From NCBI RefSeq assembly GCF_009914755.1, contig NC_060933.1: a stretch of DNA of 64,000 nucleotides, one strand, 5' to 3'. This stretch comes from the human T2T-CHM13v2.0 reference genome, Homo sapiens. The first letter of the stretch is position 1, and each line of letters starts with the position of its first letter. Shown piece by piece: positions 13,855 through 26,040 of this stretch. The translations under genes were made by a program, and so were the position numbers. The notes below the pieces were generated by a model. The model saw nothing but the letters and a program-made list of their open reading frames with translations, had not been told where the DNA came from and ran no database searches.

Positions 13855-14415
13855 ATTAATTCATTAATTCCTTCATCAAACATTCAGCATCTACTTAATG
13901 TCACGCCTTGAGCTAGTGACAGGGCTACATAAGTGAATAAGAGGTGAGAATTGAACAATGAGGACACTTGGACACAGGGCGGGGAACATCACACATTGGG
14001 GCCTGTAGGAGGGTGGGGGGCTGGGGGAGGGATAGCATTAGGAGAAATACCTAATGTAGATGACAGGTTGATGGGTGCAGCAAACCAATATGGCGCATGC
14101 GTACCTACGTATCAAACCTGCACGTTGTGCACATGTACCCTAGAACTTAAAGTATAATAATAAAATAAAATTTAAAAAAAGACCAGGTCTCTATCCTGAA
14201 GAACCCAGCCTAGAGGAGGAGAAAGCCCCCTCATACACAAGTCAATAAATGCAGTGATCAAGTCCATAATTTCAGTGTATGTGTACAGGGCTCAGGAGGC
14301 ACAAAATAGGGGCAGAGGCCAAGCTAACACCAAGCATATTGGAAGGCTTCAGAGTACAGCTGGGCCTTGATATTGTGTCAAGTATTTGCTTGAATGGGTA
14401 AATGAATTAATAAAT
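13855..14415 (-). mobile_element. L2 remnant interrupted by L1PA
   Basis: attcattaattccttcatcaaacatt...gctacataagtgaataaga, resuming after the L1 at ccaggtctctatcctgaagaac. Confidence 0.55.
13942..14180 (+). mobile_element. 5'-truncated L1PA6/7-like 3' end
   Basis: gaattgaacaatgaggacacttggacacagggcggggaacatcacac...gtaccctagaacttaaagtataataa plus A tail. Confidence 0.95.
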
Positions 14416-14429
14416 TAAAAGGTTAGGGA

Positions 14430-14592
14430 GAAAAGAGGAATCAGAAGATAGGAGTTCTAGATCTAATTACCACTCACTGTGAGATCTTGAGCAAGTCTCT
14501 TCCTCTCTTTAAGCCTTAGCTTCCCCCATCTATTTGCTGAGATTCTGGATTGTCTCTAGCTTCTCTTCCACCTCAAGCATTCTAGATTAGAT
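14430..14592 (+). mobile_element. MIR3-like remnant
   Basis: atcttgagcaagtctcttcctctctttaagccttagcttcccccatct...agcattctagatt. Confidence 0.65.
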
Positions 14593-15331
14593 TATGGAGG
14601 ATAAAGGGATATTAGCATCATTTCAGATCTCGGGTCTTGGTAGCAGGTCCAAGCCTTCCTTCCTATCTCCCTAAAAAATACGCCCAATTTTGTTCATATT
14701 GTATGTTTTCTCATTGCTTGTTTCTAGGCTTGGTCTAGACATGTGGCTCTGGCGGCGGGGGCTCAGATACTTTGCAAGTTAGAAGTTACAGTGACCACTT
14801 CCTGTTCCCCACCCCAAAATGAGTTTGAGGCCAAGAGGAAAGCTAGGAAATTCTGGGGAAAAAATGGAAATGGAGCCACGGGGGAAGCAGGAAGGAGGAT
14901 GCCAGCAGCAAAGTGCTGAATCCCGGAAGAGAGAGATCTCATTACTGGAGTATGAGTCATGGTAATAGGCTGAACAAATCCCCATAAAGTCAGGGCTAAT
15001 GTTGTCTGCTGGAGCCCATATCATGTCATAAACACAGTGGTCCACCCCAACCAGGGCTGTGTTAATTGTCTGACTCAATCAGCGGGGCTGGGGAGCCTGA
15101 AATGAAGGATTAGTTCAGGGCAGTGAGTTCCAGCCTCCCCAGCGACCCTGGCTCTGCATCCTGGCAGGCTTGAGCTCCTTATAGAAAGACTGTCCAAGGC
15201 AAGGATGGCCAGAGAGAGGGGCAAATAGTACCACAGAGAGGTCCACAGTCTGGATTTGGGGGCCAGTCAGTGATCCCTGAACCCCCAAGTAACTGGGGGA
15301 ATCCTGGGGTCCTTCTGCCAGGGACCTCTCC

Positions 15332-15406
15332 ATTTCTTTCTTTCTCTCGATTGTCTTCTCCCTCCTTAGTCTTCCCCAGCTTTCCTGTTTTCTATTTCTT
15401 CTTTTC

Positions 15407-15461
<55 letters not shown>

Positions 15462-16086
15462 CTTTCTTCCTTTTCTTTTTCTTTTCTCTTTCTTTCTTCT
15501 TTCTTTTCTTTCTTTCTCTTCCTCTCTTCCTTTCTTTCCTTCCCTCCCTCCCTCTATCCCTCTCTCCCTCCCTTCCTTTTCTTCCTTTCCTTTCCTTCTT
15601 TCCTTCCTTCCTTCCTTTCTTCCTTCCTTCCTCCTTCCCTTCCTTCCTTCTTTTCTTTCTCTCTTTCTTTCTTTCTCTCTCTCTCTTTCTTCTTTCTCTT
15701 TCTTTCTTTCTCTTTTTCTCCTTGTTTCCTTTCTCTCTTTCTTTCTTTCTCTCTTTCTCTTTCTTTCTTTCTCTCTTTCTTCCTCTCTTCCTTTCTTTCC
15801 CTCCCTCCATCCCTCTCTCCTTTCCCTTTCCTTTCCTTTCCTTCCTTTTTTTTCCATTCCTTCCTTCCTCCCTCCCTTCTCCCCTCCCTTCTCCCCTCTC
15901 TTTCTTCCTTTCTAGCAGCATTGTTTTCTCTCTCTTCTTATCTTTTTCTCTTCCTTCCTCACACTCCTCAAACTTCCCCTCCCCTCCTTTCCCTTCTTCT
16001 CTCCCTATTTTCTTTATCTCCTTCCTTCTGGCCACTCATCCTCTTTCTACTTATTTCTCTTCTAATCTCATTTTCTTCGTCTTCCT
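15332..16086. repeat. ~750-bp polypyrimidine compound microsatellite with (CTTT)13 at 15408-15459 and CCTT/CT blocks
   Basis: Read directly; source of the spurious K/E/R- and F/L/S-rich ORFs. Confidence 0.97.
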
Positions 16087-16362
16087 TTTTTAGAGACAGG
16101 GTCTCTCTCTTCATCACCCAGGCTGGAGTGCAGTGGCATAAGAATAGCTCACTGTAACTTCAAACTCCTGGACTCAAGCCATCCTCCCACTTTAGCCTCC
16201 CAAGTAGGTAGGACCACAAGCACACATCACCACACCTGGTTAATTAAAGAAAAACTTTGGTAGTGATAGGGTCTTCCTGTGTTGTCCAGGCTGGTCTTGA
16301 AGTCCTGGCCTCAGATAATTCTCCTGCCTTGGCCTTGCAAACCTTGGCCACTACACTTGGCC
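16087..16362 (-). mobile_element. AluJ (Jo/Jr-like), diverged
   Basis: agagacagggtctc...atagctcactgtaacttcaaactcctggactcaagccatcctccc, with J-type diagnostic positions. Confidence 0.92.
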
Positions 16363-16875
16363 TCTTTTCAAAGTACATGTCTCTGTTTCCTCTCGCCTGT
16401 CCTTCTCTTCCTCTTCCTCCTGTTTTTACTGTTTGTTCCTTTCTTTCTCTTTGCTTCTTTTCGTACATTTTCTTGTTCTTTTCCTCCCCTTATCCAAGCT
16501 TGGCAGCAAATAGCCTGAGGTTTGTCCAGTCAGAGGAGTGAGGCCCTTACTGCATCATCATCTGCAAAATACCTTCATGATTTGACCCTCATATTAGCTT
16601 TCTGATAAAAATATTTTTTCCCAAACAAGGAAATTAATACTCAGGAAAGCTAAGTGACAGGCCAAGCTCACACAACTACTAAGTAGAAGACCTGAGGTTG
16701 CATCTCAAATCTACCTGAAGTCGTTTCCCAAACAGAATTTGGAATTGTGGTATATGTGGCAAGAAAACCAACCTTGGCTCATTGACAATATTACAGGGTC
16801 AGATGTTCCCTTCCATTACAAAGAAAAATGTAGCAGTAAGCTTGTCAGTCCTTCTCTCCTGTCCCTAGGGCCTGA

Positions 16876-17060
16876 CTTACTTAACAAATATTAAGTGACC
16901 AACATATGCAAACATGACCATGACATTTAGTGATGCTGAGGACACAGAACTAAGTGACTTTCTGTATGAAACTTGCATTCTCACAGGGGTGATAGTTAAT
17001 AAGCAAGTAATGAAATAAATATAAAAATGTAATAGGTTATGGTGTAGGTGTCCATGGATG
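16876..17060 (-). mobile_element. L2 3' remnant
   Basis: ttacttaacaaatattaagtgacc...gatgctgaggacacagaac. Confidence 0.55.
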
Positions 17061-18002
17061 TGGAAATGTGTTATGTAGGTGATGAGACTGTTGATAGAGG
17101 ACATTGAAAATTGTTGGGATTTTTGTCCTCATGTTTTTTTTTCTGTATTATTGCCATTTTCAAAAATATGTATACTGAAATCACAGCTTTTATATACACT
17201 AATAACAACTAGTTTAAAATATGCAATGGAAAAACCTATTCTTTGTAGAATAGTACCATGAAAAGTAGTTCCACTGGGTGCTCATAAAATCTTCATGAAG
17301 GCCTCTTCTACTATAATTTGGGCTTGAGCCTGCCTTTTGCCTGACTCCCTTTGAATGGGGTGCACCATTGCCAACAACATCTAAAATGTTCATTTCAAAT
17401 GCTCCTTGAGCTAATTATGGTTACCCAGGGGCTTGAGGGCAATGGGTTCTAGCTGCCATCACACTCTGCCTCATTATGGAGGATTTCAGCCCACCCTTGT
17501 TCTCCCAAAGTGAGATTTCCTTCCTTCTTCTTCCATTCAGCCCAGTCCTCTCTGTCTGCCTGTGGCTGGGCTGTGCCACAAGCTCAGTTCCCTGTGTCAT
17601 GGGTAATAGTCACCCAGGGAAACTTGCCATCTGGCAAAAATGCCACCTTTTAGTCACAAGAGCTTTCCTATGCCCAGTACTTCTGTTGACTGTTGGGAGA
17701 GGATAATTTTCTATGTTTCTTTATTGGAATAGAAAATAGCCTGAAGACAGTGAAGGAAGATCATGATGCTCCCTCTGTGACTTAGTCACACTTTACCCCA
17801 TATGTAGAATGCTTCCACATGCAAATCTCTCCCCTCCTTCAAAGCCCACTCCAAATGGTACCTCCTCCATGGAGCCTTCTTGAGTAACATAATGCTCTAC
17901 CCATCTTCTGAAGTTTCATAGAAAATCTCTTCGAGCCAAAGTGGCCTGGATACATAACCTGCTTCAACACACACCAGCTGTACAGCTTAAGCCTTCAGTG
18001 TT

Positions 18003-18492
18003 TGCTGCAGTGATATCACCTGTACCACAGCTTCTTCTGCAGTGTGACCTTTTCACTTCCCCATGATGAACTGGAGTCTAATTTCTAAGTTAATCCATGC
18101 TTGCCTTATAAGTACCTTAACCAAATAGACTGTAATGGAAGTGGGATTGCATGACTTCAGATACTGTTAGAAGAACCCAGCTGCCACCAGAAAGCTAAGG
18201 CACATAGAGAGGCCTCTACGTAGGTAGGTGGCTCTTACAGGCAGTCTCAGCTGAGCCCAGACATCAACTCACCTCAGGTTCCAGACCTGTACATAAAGAA
18301 ATCTCTTTTTGATTTCAGCCTCTGGACATTTGAGACCTTCCCACTGCCCCAGGTATCTTTGAGCATAAACAAGCTACTTCTGTGATACCTTATTCTAATT
18401 CCTGGCCCACAGACTCCATGAACACGATCAAATGGTTTTATACCACTACGATTGGGTGGTCTTTTATGCAGCAATACAAAAAATCTAGAGCA
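18003..18492 (+). mobile_element. MLT1H/G-like solo LTR with 5-bp TSD, nested in a MIR (~17930-18625)
   Basis: TG...CA ends; GTGTT at 17998-18002 and 18493-18497; aattcctggcccacagactccatgaac 3' motif; MIR halves on both sides. Confidence 0.85.
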
Positions 18493-18899
18493 GTGTTTCA
18501 GTTCTTAAATGAACAAAATGGTATGATACTGTCAACCCTAGTGTGTAGTTGAAAATTAAATGAAATAATATATGAAGCACCTGGCAGTGCTTGACATTTA
18601 GAAAGCATTTAATGAATATTTTTTTTCATTTCCTTCCAACTACAGTAGCTACCTGTCCACACATCTTACGTTTTACTAAAATTTTTGCTCTCCTGTGGCA
18701 GGAGTTGAATCATATTTAAGTTGTAAGCCCTGTGTTACCATTGTGTATATATTATATGCTCATAAAATATTTACTGAGTAAAAAGATGAATAAATAACTA
18801 TAATGGGCACTGGATTGGGAGCCAGAAACTTTAGTTACTAGCTGTGCATTCTTGGTAAGTTTTTTTCTGTTTAATAATTATTTTTTCTTATGTTAAAAT

Positions 18900-19275
18900 T
18901 GAAAAGGTTTAGGCTGAAAGGGGAGATATGGTGGCAGATTGAAGAAGACCTAGCAACTGTTTTTAAATTCTTAAAGAATTGTTATGGGGAAGAAGAATGG
19001 ATTTCTCTGTTTGACTCTCAAGTAGTACAGTCAGGAACCTGTGTGGAATACACAGGCACAAGACAAATAATTATCTAGAGTCAGATTGTTCAAAGATGGA
19101 AGAAATGCTTTGTGAGCTAGTGAATGCCCTGCCCCTAGAGGTGTTTCTCTGGGAAACTTGAGTGTAACCCTCCTACTCTGCTGTGGAGGATATGCAAGCA
19201 TTGGAGGAGGCAAATTCCATCCCCTATGTTCCTAATTCTACCACTGGACGCCTTCTTTCAGCTCCAAAAATCTTC
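18900..19275 (+). mobile_element. L3/CR1 LINE 3' end
   Basis: ORF 18890-19078 segment EDLATVFKFLKNCYGEEE resembles the CR1 ORF2 C-terminus; gtgaatgccctgcccctagaggtgtt follows. Confidence 0.75.
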
Positions 19276-19644
19276 AAATTTGCAACAGATCTTCTGACTC
19301 TAGTCTTTCCTGTCATTGCTACGTCAGTGGGTCTGGAGTGGAATGGATAGGAAGCTGGCAAGTACAGCAACCTGGGAATAGCCCAGCTTGTTTATTTCAG
19401 TGATGCAGGGGAGGGCAAAAGAAGTGAGGCATTGTGGGGAGGAGTATTGATCAGGAACTAAAATTTAAGTGCACTTCCAAAGATGATTAGAGAGCCACTA
19501 TTAATGCTCTGTAGGGGATCGCTAGGAGGGCACTACGTAGCAAGAACTGGAAAAACCTCTGGAACGTGTGGATGCAGAAACCCTAAGTGATGGGGGCTTC
19601 AGAGACTGAAAAGTAGGTTTGTAATTTTTCATAGGAGCATCTAC

Positions 19645-20050
19645 ATTTGTCAGGTAAGAATGGGTTACATTGCACCCTCAAATAACTTGCAAAGGTCTTC
19701 AGATTAACACCACAAAAGTTTAATTCTCATTCATGCCAAATCTACTCCCCTCTTCAGGGTCATAGCTCAGCTATCCAGGTGGCTTTGGTTTTGTGGCTCC
19801 ACTTTCTCAACATGAAACTCCAATAGAGGAAGAAGGAAACATGTGACCTGGAGAGTTGAAGTGGGTATTGGAGACTGCTGCATCAGCAGGGAAATGCTTT
19901 ATATCCTCAAATGACATGTGCTTCTCCTGACAGCTCATTGACCAGAATTAGCAACATGGCCCTTCCTAACTAGAAGGGACCAGAATGGATAGTCCTTCTA
20001 TGTGTCCAGAAGGAGAGAAGGACCAGATATGTGTGATCATGTCTCCATTA
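19645..20050 (-). mobile_element. Old MLT1(J/L)-like LTR
   Basis: ctcattgaccagaattagcaacatggcccttcctaactagaaggg...tgtgtccagaagg. Confidence 0.65.
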
Positions 20051-20118
20051 TGGGAGAAAAGAGAATTGAAAAAGAAAGAAGATCCACATAGTGTCTGAGG
20101 AGCTGAGACAAAAGAAAA

Positions 20119-20225
20119 GTAAGTCATCTCATTGAGTCTCAGTTTCTTCATCTCTCAAAGAAAGATGAACATACCCACTGCACTAAGGGTGTCATAAAGA
20201 TTACATTAGAAAAATGCACATGATA
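20119..20225 (+). mobile_element. MIR fragment
   Basis: tgagtctcagtttcttcatct core. Confidence 0.65.
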
Positions 20226-20819
20226 TCTTTAAATCTCTTTGCCAATAGCAAGACATTTTTAAAAATGAAATACTGTTTTATGATTGGTGGTTGTTTTACT
20301 ATGAAACCATAAAATGCTAGATTTCATGGGGGTATACAAGACTTTCTCTGGTATAGCCTTCCCTTTGGTACGAAATTTTTTTTCCTATTTTTTTAAAGCA
20401 ACCCTATTAGCTGAAGGTACAAGAATTTTCATTACAGAAGATCCTAAATGAGAGCAATGATCAGAATTAGCTGGAAAGCCACACACATGCACAACCTGAT
20501 TCAGAAGGATCAGAGAAGGTTATTTGCCCCCTTGCAGATCTAGGGGGCCTGGGGCTTTTACATGAGCCCCAAAGGATGCACCAGATAGAAAATTGGCAGG
20601 ATGACTGGAAATTTTCAAAATGCACAGGTCAGTTGCAAATAATCTGATGCTGTTTTTGGGAAACTGCAGGCTAAAAATAGCCATGGTTTTCCTGGATGAG
20701 GCATTAGTTTGATGTTGGCCTTTGTAACCTGTATGTTTTTGCCATCTCTGCTCAGTTCCAATCATTTTTACTTCCTTTCACTTTGTGTACCTATAAGATT
20801 CAGAGTTGTATTAGAAACA

Positions 20820-21270
20820 TTCATACTTTCTTTCATTGATATATTTATTCACATATCATTTATTCACTCATTCATTTATCCATATATCCTTTGCTTTCTT
20901 TCCATGACTTCATCAAGTTTCTTATTTAGAGTATAAACATTTATTGATCACTTTGTTTTCTCTGGGCACTGTATTAGGCACCAGAGATTCTAAAGGTGGG
21001 GGGAAACAAACTAAACAACAACAACAGCAACAACAACAACAAATCCTCACAAAATAACATGTGCAATGTCGTGGGGGTGCAGACAAGCACTCATAATTAC
21101 AACAAATAATGCAGAGTGCAGTAGGAGTTCAGGATTTCAACTAGCTTGAGAGTAGAGTGGTACAAGAAGGTTTCTTAGAGGAAGTGGCAGTTGAAGTAAT
21201 TCCTGAAGGTATTGTTCAAGTGGGGAGGGTGGGAAGGGCATCCTAGGTAAAAGGAACAACATTTATGTTG
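20820..21270 (-). mobile_element. L2 remnant with internal (CAA)n at ~21015-21042
   Basis: aaacatttattgatcac...gggcactgtattaggcaccagagat; gaaggtttcttagaggaagtggcagttgaa. Confidence 0.7.
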
Positions 21271-22269
21271 TAATGAAGCCAAGTTGAAAAGAAAGCCACG
21301 TGCAGGCAAGCAAAGCATGTTTGGCAGATCTGCAGTTATTCTAGGAGGCTCTTGTTTAATGTGTGCCTGATATTGTGGATTTAATCACTACCTCACAAAT
21401 TATTCTTCAAGATTCAACTTGATCATTTAAACACAGACTCTAACAGAGTTTCTGACTCACACTAGGCACTAGAAAAATCTTATTTCTGAACTCTTTGCTG
21501 TTGCGTTTTCCCCCTTACCAGTCCCACAGTGCCTTGCAGAAAGTAGCCATTCAATGAAGTTACCTCCAATTTAATCCTATCCCTCTCCGCCCAGTCCCAG
21601 TTTAACTTCCTTTTCCACCTACAAAGACCCTGAGGGCCAGAAAGAGGGCAGCCTCTTCCCAAGGCCTCCTTGTCTTTTTCTGCTTGAGGAAATAGCTTGT
21701 GGTGTCTCCTTGGCTGTCTGTTTCTCCGCCTCTGGGGAATCTCCTCTCATGTAAATCCTGCAATTAGAGGCTCTCACCCCCACCACCAGAGCTACATCTG
21801 CCTCCCTAGATAGGCACCCACTTGATTAGGAAGAGATAATCACAGGGGCTGCTTCAGCCTACAGCTTGGTGAAGACAGGAAGAAATTCTGATTAAATTTG
21901 TGGTTTCAAGAGAAGGGCTCCCCCTCTCTCATCACATACCAGCTTCCTGTCTGCCTATACATTTGGACTCAAGGCGCAAAATTTTGATTCGTCATTTATT
22001 TTTTCAAAAACCATAGAAATTAGGCAATAAATAGGAATATACCTCTTTGGTAGATGAAGAATGTGAGCTGTGAGAGATGAAGCATTTGACTTAGGTCATA
22101 ATGTTGATTGCCTAGCAGAGACTTTGGATTCGATCACTGATTAGTTTTATATCCTCCATAAGAGAAAGCAAGAGAAAGTAAGCAAAGCATTTTTTTCCCT
22201 TGAGATGATCTAATTTTGACTTCTGTATGGGTGTGTGTTTGTACTTATATATATTATTAATTCAAATTA

Positions 22270-22540
22270 TATATTCAACTTAACTTTTAGAAACATTAGA
22301 AATATGTGCAGAATGTAAGAAATGCATAAAGTAGAGGAAAGCCTAAGGAAGAAGCCAAAGTCATTCATTATATCCAGAGATACTTCCTGGTTGATATATG
22401 ACGTGTGTATGTGTCTATATAAAATGTCTACATAATCAGAATTATAATACACATGTGCACATATAGTTATTTTCTAACTACATTTTGTATTGTAAACATT
22501 TCCCCAGGTCATTAAATATTCTTCTAAAACACAATTTGGT
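22270..22540 (-). mobile_element. Old L1M (L1ME/MC-like) 3' remnant
   Basis: tattgtaaacatttccccaggtcattaaatattcttctaaaaca. Confidence 0.55.
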
Positions 22541-22629
22541 TTGACTCCTTTAACGTTTTGATCTATATCCTGGATTGTCTCCTTTCTGTTCAATTCAAGG
22601 GAGAAAAAAGCAAATAAAAAAATAATGGA

Positions 22630-22740
22630 TTAAGAGGAAGAAGCTCTGTGTTCTAGCCCTAGTTCTGCCACTTTCTCCCTTGAGTCTCTGTTTGTCCATC
22701 TGTGAAATGGGATAATAGTTATCCTTTTACCAGTCACACA
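22630..22740 (+). mobile_element. MIR fragment
   Basis: gttctagccctagttctgccact...ccatctgtgaaatgggataata. Confidence 0.75.
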
Positions 22741-25194
22741 ATCTTATTTGCAGACTCAGGTAAAATCACAGCGATGGGTTTGCCCAGGAACGTGGGATTG
22801 CCTGGTGCTGTCTTTATTATGTTGCTGAGGATTCTCATTGCTTTTTTCATCAGCCCAAACACAAGAGCCTCCCAGGAGGTGGGTTTTTTCCTTTTTCTTG
22901 GCAGTGCTCACATGGGCAACACAGTTCATCGGAAGCACCTCTGCTCCAATCACCCTTCTGCATTGTCTGTCTTGATGAAAAATGACCTGTTATTATTTCT
23001 TACCTTTGGGTTTGGGAGGCCCCAAAGAAATCAGTAGCCACATAAAATCGCTGCTATTATTGTAACAGTATTTTCATTGATGGATTTAAGTGTGAGGTGT
23101 TTGCTATCGATTGTTAGCATCTGTCCTGGAGAGGCTGTGCTGCGGGGAGGCAGTGATAATGGTGGGAACGGGCACCTCCAGGAGCTGTGGCATGCTGAGT
23201 GGTTTTCCTGAAGCTGGGAAAAGTGTGTTTGCACTCCAGGGCGTCTTGCTTTGTAGGAGAAATGTACACCTACAAATGTGATTTCAAACATGTAACCCTT
23301 TAGAACAGATACTGCCTTCTTCCTGAATTTCTTTCTAATTTGAGAGATTTGACATTTTCATCCCCAATTTGATATTCGGCAGGCTCCTAATTCTTTATGT
23401 TTTAATATTTTTGGTCCTTTATAGGAATCAGCACTTAAAGGCAAAAAGTGAACAAATAATGAAGCTTCCGTTATGTCTTAAATGAGTCCTGTAATGTAAT
23501 AAAATGCATTTTAATGTTTCCCCTTCCTTCCTTTCTTCCTGTCTTTTGTATTTTCTCTCTAGCTTCCATGTTTGAATTGTTTCTTCCCACTCTTTCTGCT
23601 TTCAGAAAATAAAAACAAAAACTTAGTGTCTACTGCATTGAAAACAAGGTGTTAAGCATTGTGAGAAATCAAATCTTGATGATGACATAATCTTTGCCTT
23701 CAGAGAAACCCACTAATGTACAATTTATGGACACAATTTATGAGAACAATATATGTTCTCATAAATTAAACAGCAGAACAAATTGGAAAGATGTCAGGGA
23801 AAGTAGTGAGTAACAGAGTGACAGAATCTTGATATGTTACAACTTAGAGAGACCCTAGAATATCATGAGATGACTCCATCATCACCTTTATGGAGAAACT
23901 CGAGCCCAGGGAAGTAAAGAGTTTAGTCCAAGGTCTCCTTATGACCTAACCTGTGCTTTTGATTTATATTCCTGATGGTTTTGCACCTGAAAGGCAGATT
24001 TAAACCTTGCTACTTACTGGCTATGAATGTACCTAACCTCTCTGAAGCTCAGTTTTTTAATCCAGAAAACAAGCCTTTGCAGGATGCTTGTGACAGTGGA
24101 ATCATGTATGCAGTTCACCTGGCCTGGTAGTGTTTGGTACACACCATTTCATGCTACCCCTAAGCTGCATTCTCCTTTGGAGAGCCACAGGCACTAGCGT
24201 AAATCATATGCTTTCCATAAGCAAGCATACGCCCTCCCTCCTGTGAACCCAGATGGATGGAGATACACTTTGGGGATGTTGTCTGGGTATTTGTCTCAAA
24301 TGCTAATGATAGCTCCCTTTGGCAGAAAAACAAACTCAGGCCAGTGGGGTTCTTAGAGTATTAGTCCTAGGAGCCAAAGAATCGATCCATCAACAGGACC
24401 TGCTGAGCAGGCACCTCATACGCAGAGCAGCTCAGGCACAGATGTCCGAAGCACTGCCCTCTCACAGGGAGCCCTGGAACCATAACTTCCAGAACTCCCT
24501 TCTCCAATCTAGAACACGCCGCAGAGATTTCCAATACTCACCTCCTCCCCACTTCTAGTTCCCACCAGGTATAAATTTTAAAATCCTATACCTCAGAAAG
24601 AAAAAAAAAAAGCCAAATATTACACAAAACTGTGGAAGAAATCTAACTTTCTAGAACCCTGGAAAATGCTTTATTTTTACTTGTAAGAACTTTCTGTGCA
24701 AAGAGCTAACCACCCTGCCTATTCAGTTAAGGCTAATCACCTGCTTGTTAAATTATCTTAGGACAATGAGAGGAACATGTGGCAAGTCTCTCTGTGAAAA
24801 AACAAAAACAAAAAAAATTCCACTGATGAGTGGGTGAGGTTGTGCAACAGAAGCTGAGTCAGTGACACAGATCAAGATGCAGGAACCAGGAATTCAAGAT
24901 GCAGGGAACCAGTCTATTCAAGAATAGACTGAGACACAGATGACAGCAGAGAGAACGAAGTCTAAAACTGAAACTGAAAGAGGAAAGAGGTGATGAGAAA
25001 GATGTTGAGACGAGGATGTGGGGGAAAAGATACAAGTGGCACAGAAAGACGGCGAGAAAACACAGCCAGAGTATTAGATCACATAAGAGGAAAACATAAT
25101 GAGAGGCGGAAGAACTAGCACAGACAACCAACACAGAGCCTGCAACCAGGGAAACCTGTGTTTCTTGCAGTTAGCAGCCAGCAGCCTGCAGTCA

Positions 25195-25208
25195 GCAGCA
25201 GGGGGCAT
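25195..25208 (+). promoter_or_regulatory. CTCF core motif
   Basis: GCAGCAGGGGGCAT matches CCRSYAGRKGGCRS at 12 of 14 positions, in unique sequence. Confidence 0.45.
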
Positions 25209-25829
25209 CAGAACTCCACGGATAGTAAAAGATGCCAGGGAGCCAGTATAAGGAGAGAGGAAGTGAGAAAGAAATAAAGAGAGAAAGAAAAGGGATAAGA
25301 AACCTTCCTCTTAACTTTGAGATTAGAAGGAAGAGAGAGCCGCGCTATTCCTCGGGGTCCTGCATTTAGTGGTGAGCCAATTCCCCCAGACATCTTCCTG
25401 CTGACAGTGAAGGTATGTAAGTGGCTGTAGAAAGTAACACTGAAGGCTTTCTCAAAGAGACTGAGTCCAAGGGCGATGGCCTGGGCTTAAGCCAGCTGAC
25501 TAACACTTAGGCATTCTGTTAGGCAGAACTCAGGTGCAAATAGCATATCTCCCTGAATGTAGTTTATCCAAGCATTTTCCTCTACTTCACCGCCTCCCAA
25601 AAAAGAATTATTAGGAGTATACTAGGATATTGCATAGATAAGGAAGTGATGGAAAAGTAAGCCTTGAGGAAAAAAGACCAAAGGATTTATGTTAAAAGAC
25701 TTTTGTTTTTGTTTTTGTCCATTTCCCTCATCCATGCTCTGCCAGTCTTATTCTCCTAGCCCTCTCTATGCAGCAATCATTTCATTTGGTGTCACTTCCT
25801 CAATCATTTACCAGAGATCAAGAACTCAC

Positions 25830-26040
25830 TTTCAATTTCAGTTTAAAACCAAAATCCAGATGAGGTTTCTGATTGGCTCAGCTTGGACCATGTGCTCACA
25901 CCTTGGGTCAAAGTCACCGGAAGAGTGACATAGTCTGATTGGCCCAGTACTCTGAAGCCACACCCACACTTGTGCAGGCTTGGAGATTGGGGAGCAGCAC
26001 ACCTGAGGGTGTAAGGATCTGTTGTTGACTGAAGGAGATA
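25830..26040 (-). mobile_element. MLT1K-like LTR fragment
   Basis: Twin ctgattggctcagcttggaccatgtgc / ctgattggcccag motifs. Confidence 0.6.

Noticed and set aside
14728-14919. Good acceptor (gtttctag) followed by 63 open codons
   Set aside because: No convincing donor before the stop; peptide unrecognisable
15115-16157. ORFs of 306, 295, 163 and 123 aa
   Set aside because: Translations of the polypyrimidine tract, which cannot contain stop codons; low-complexity K/E/R or F/L/S only
25171-25412. Acceptor tttcttgcag with donor AAG|GTATGT
   Set aside because: 242 nt, not frame-preserving, GA-rich low-complexity interior, no other support
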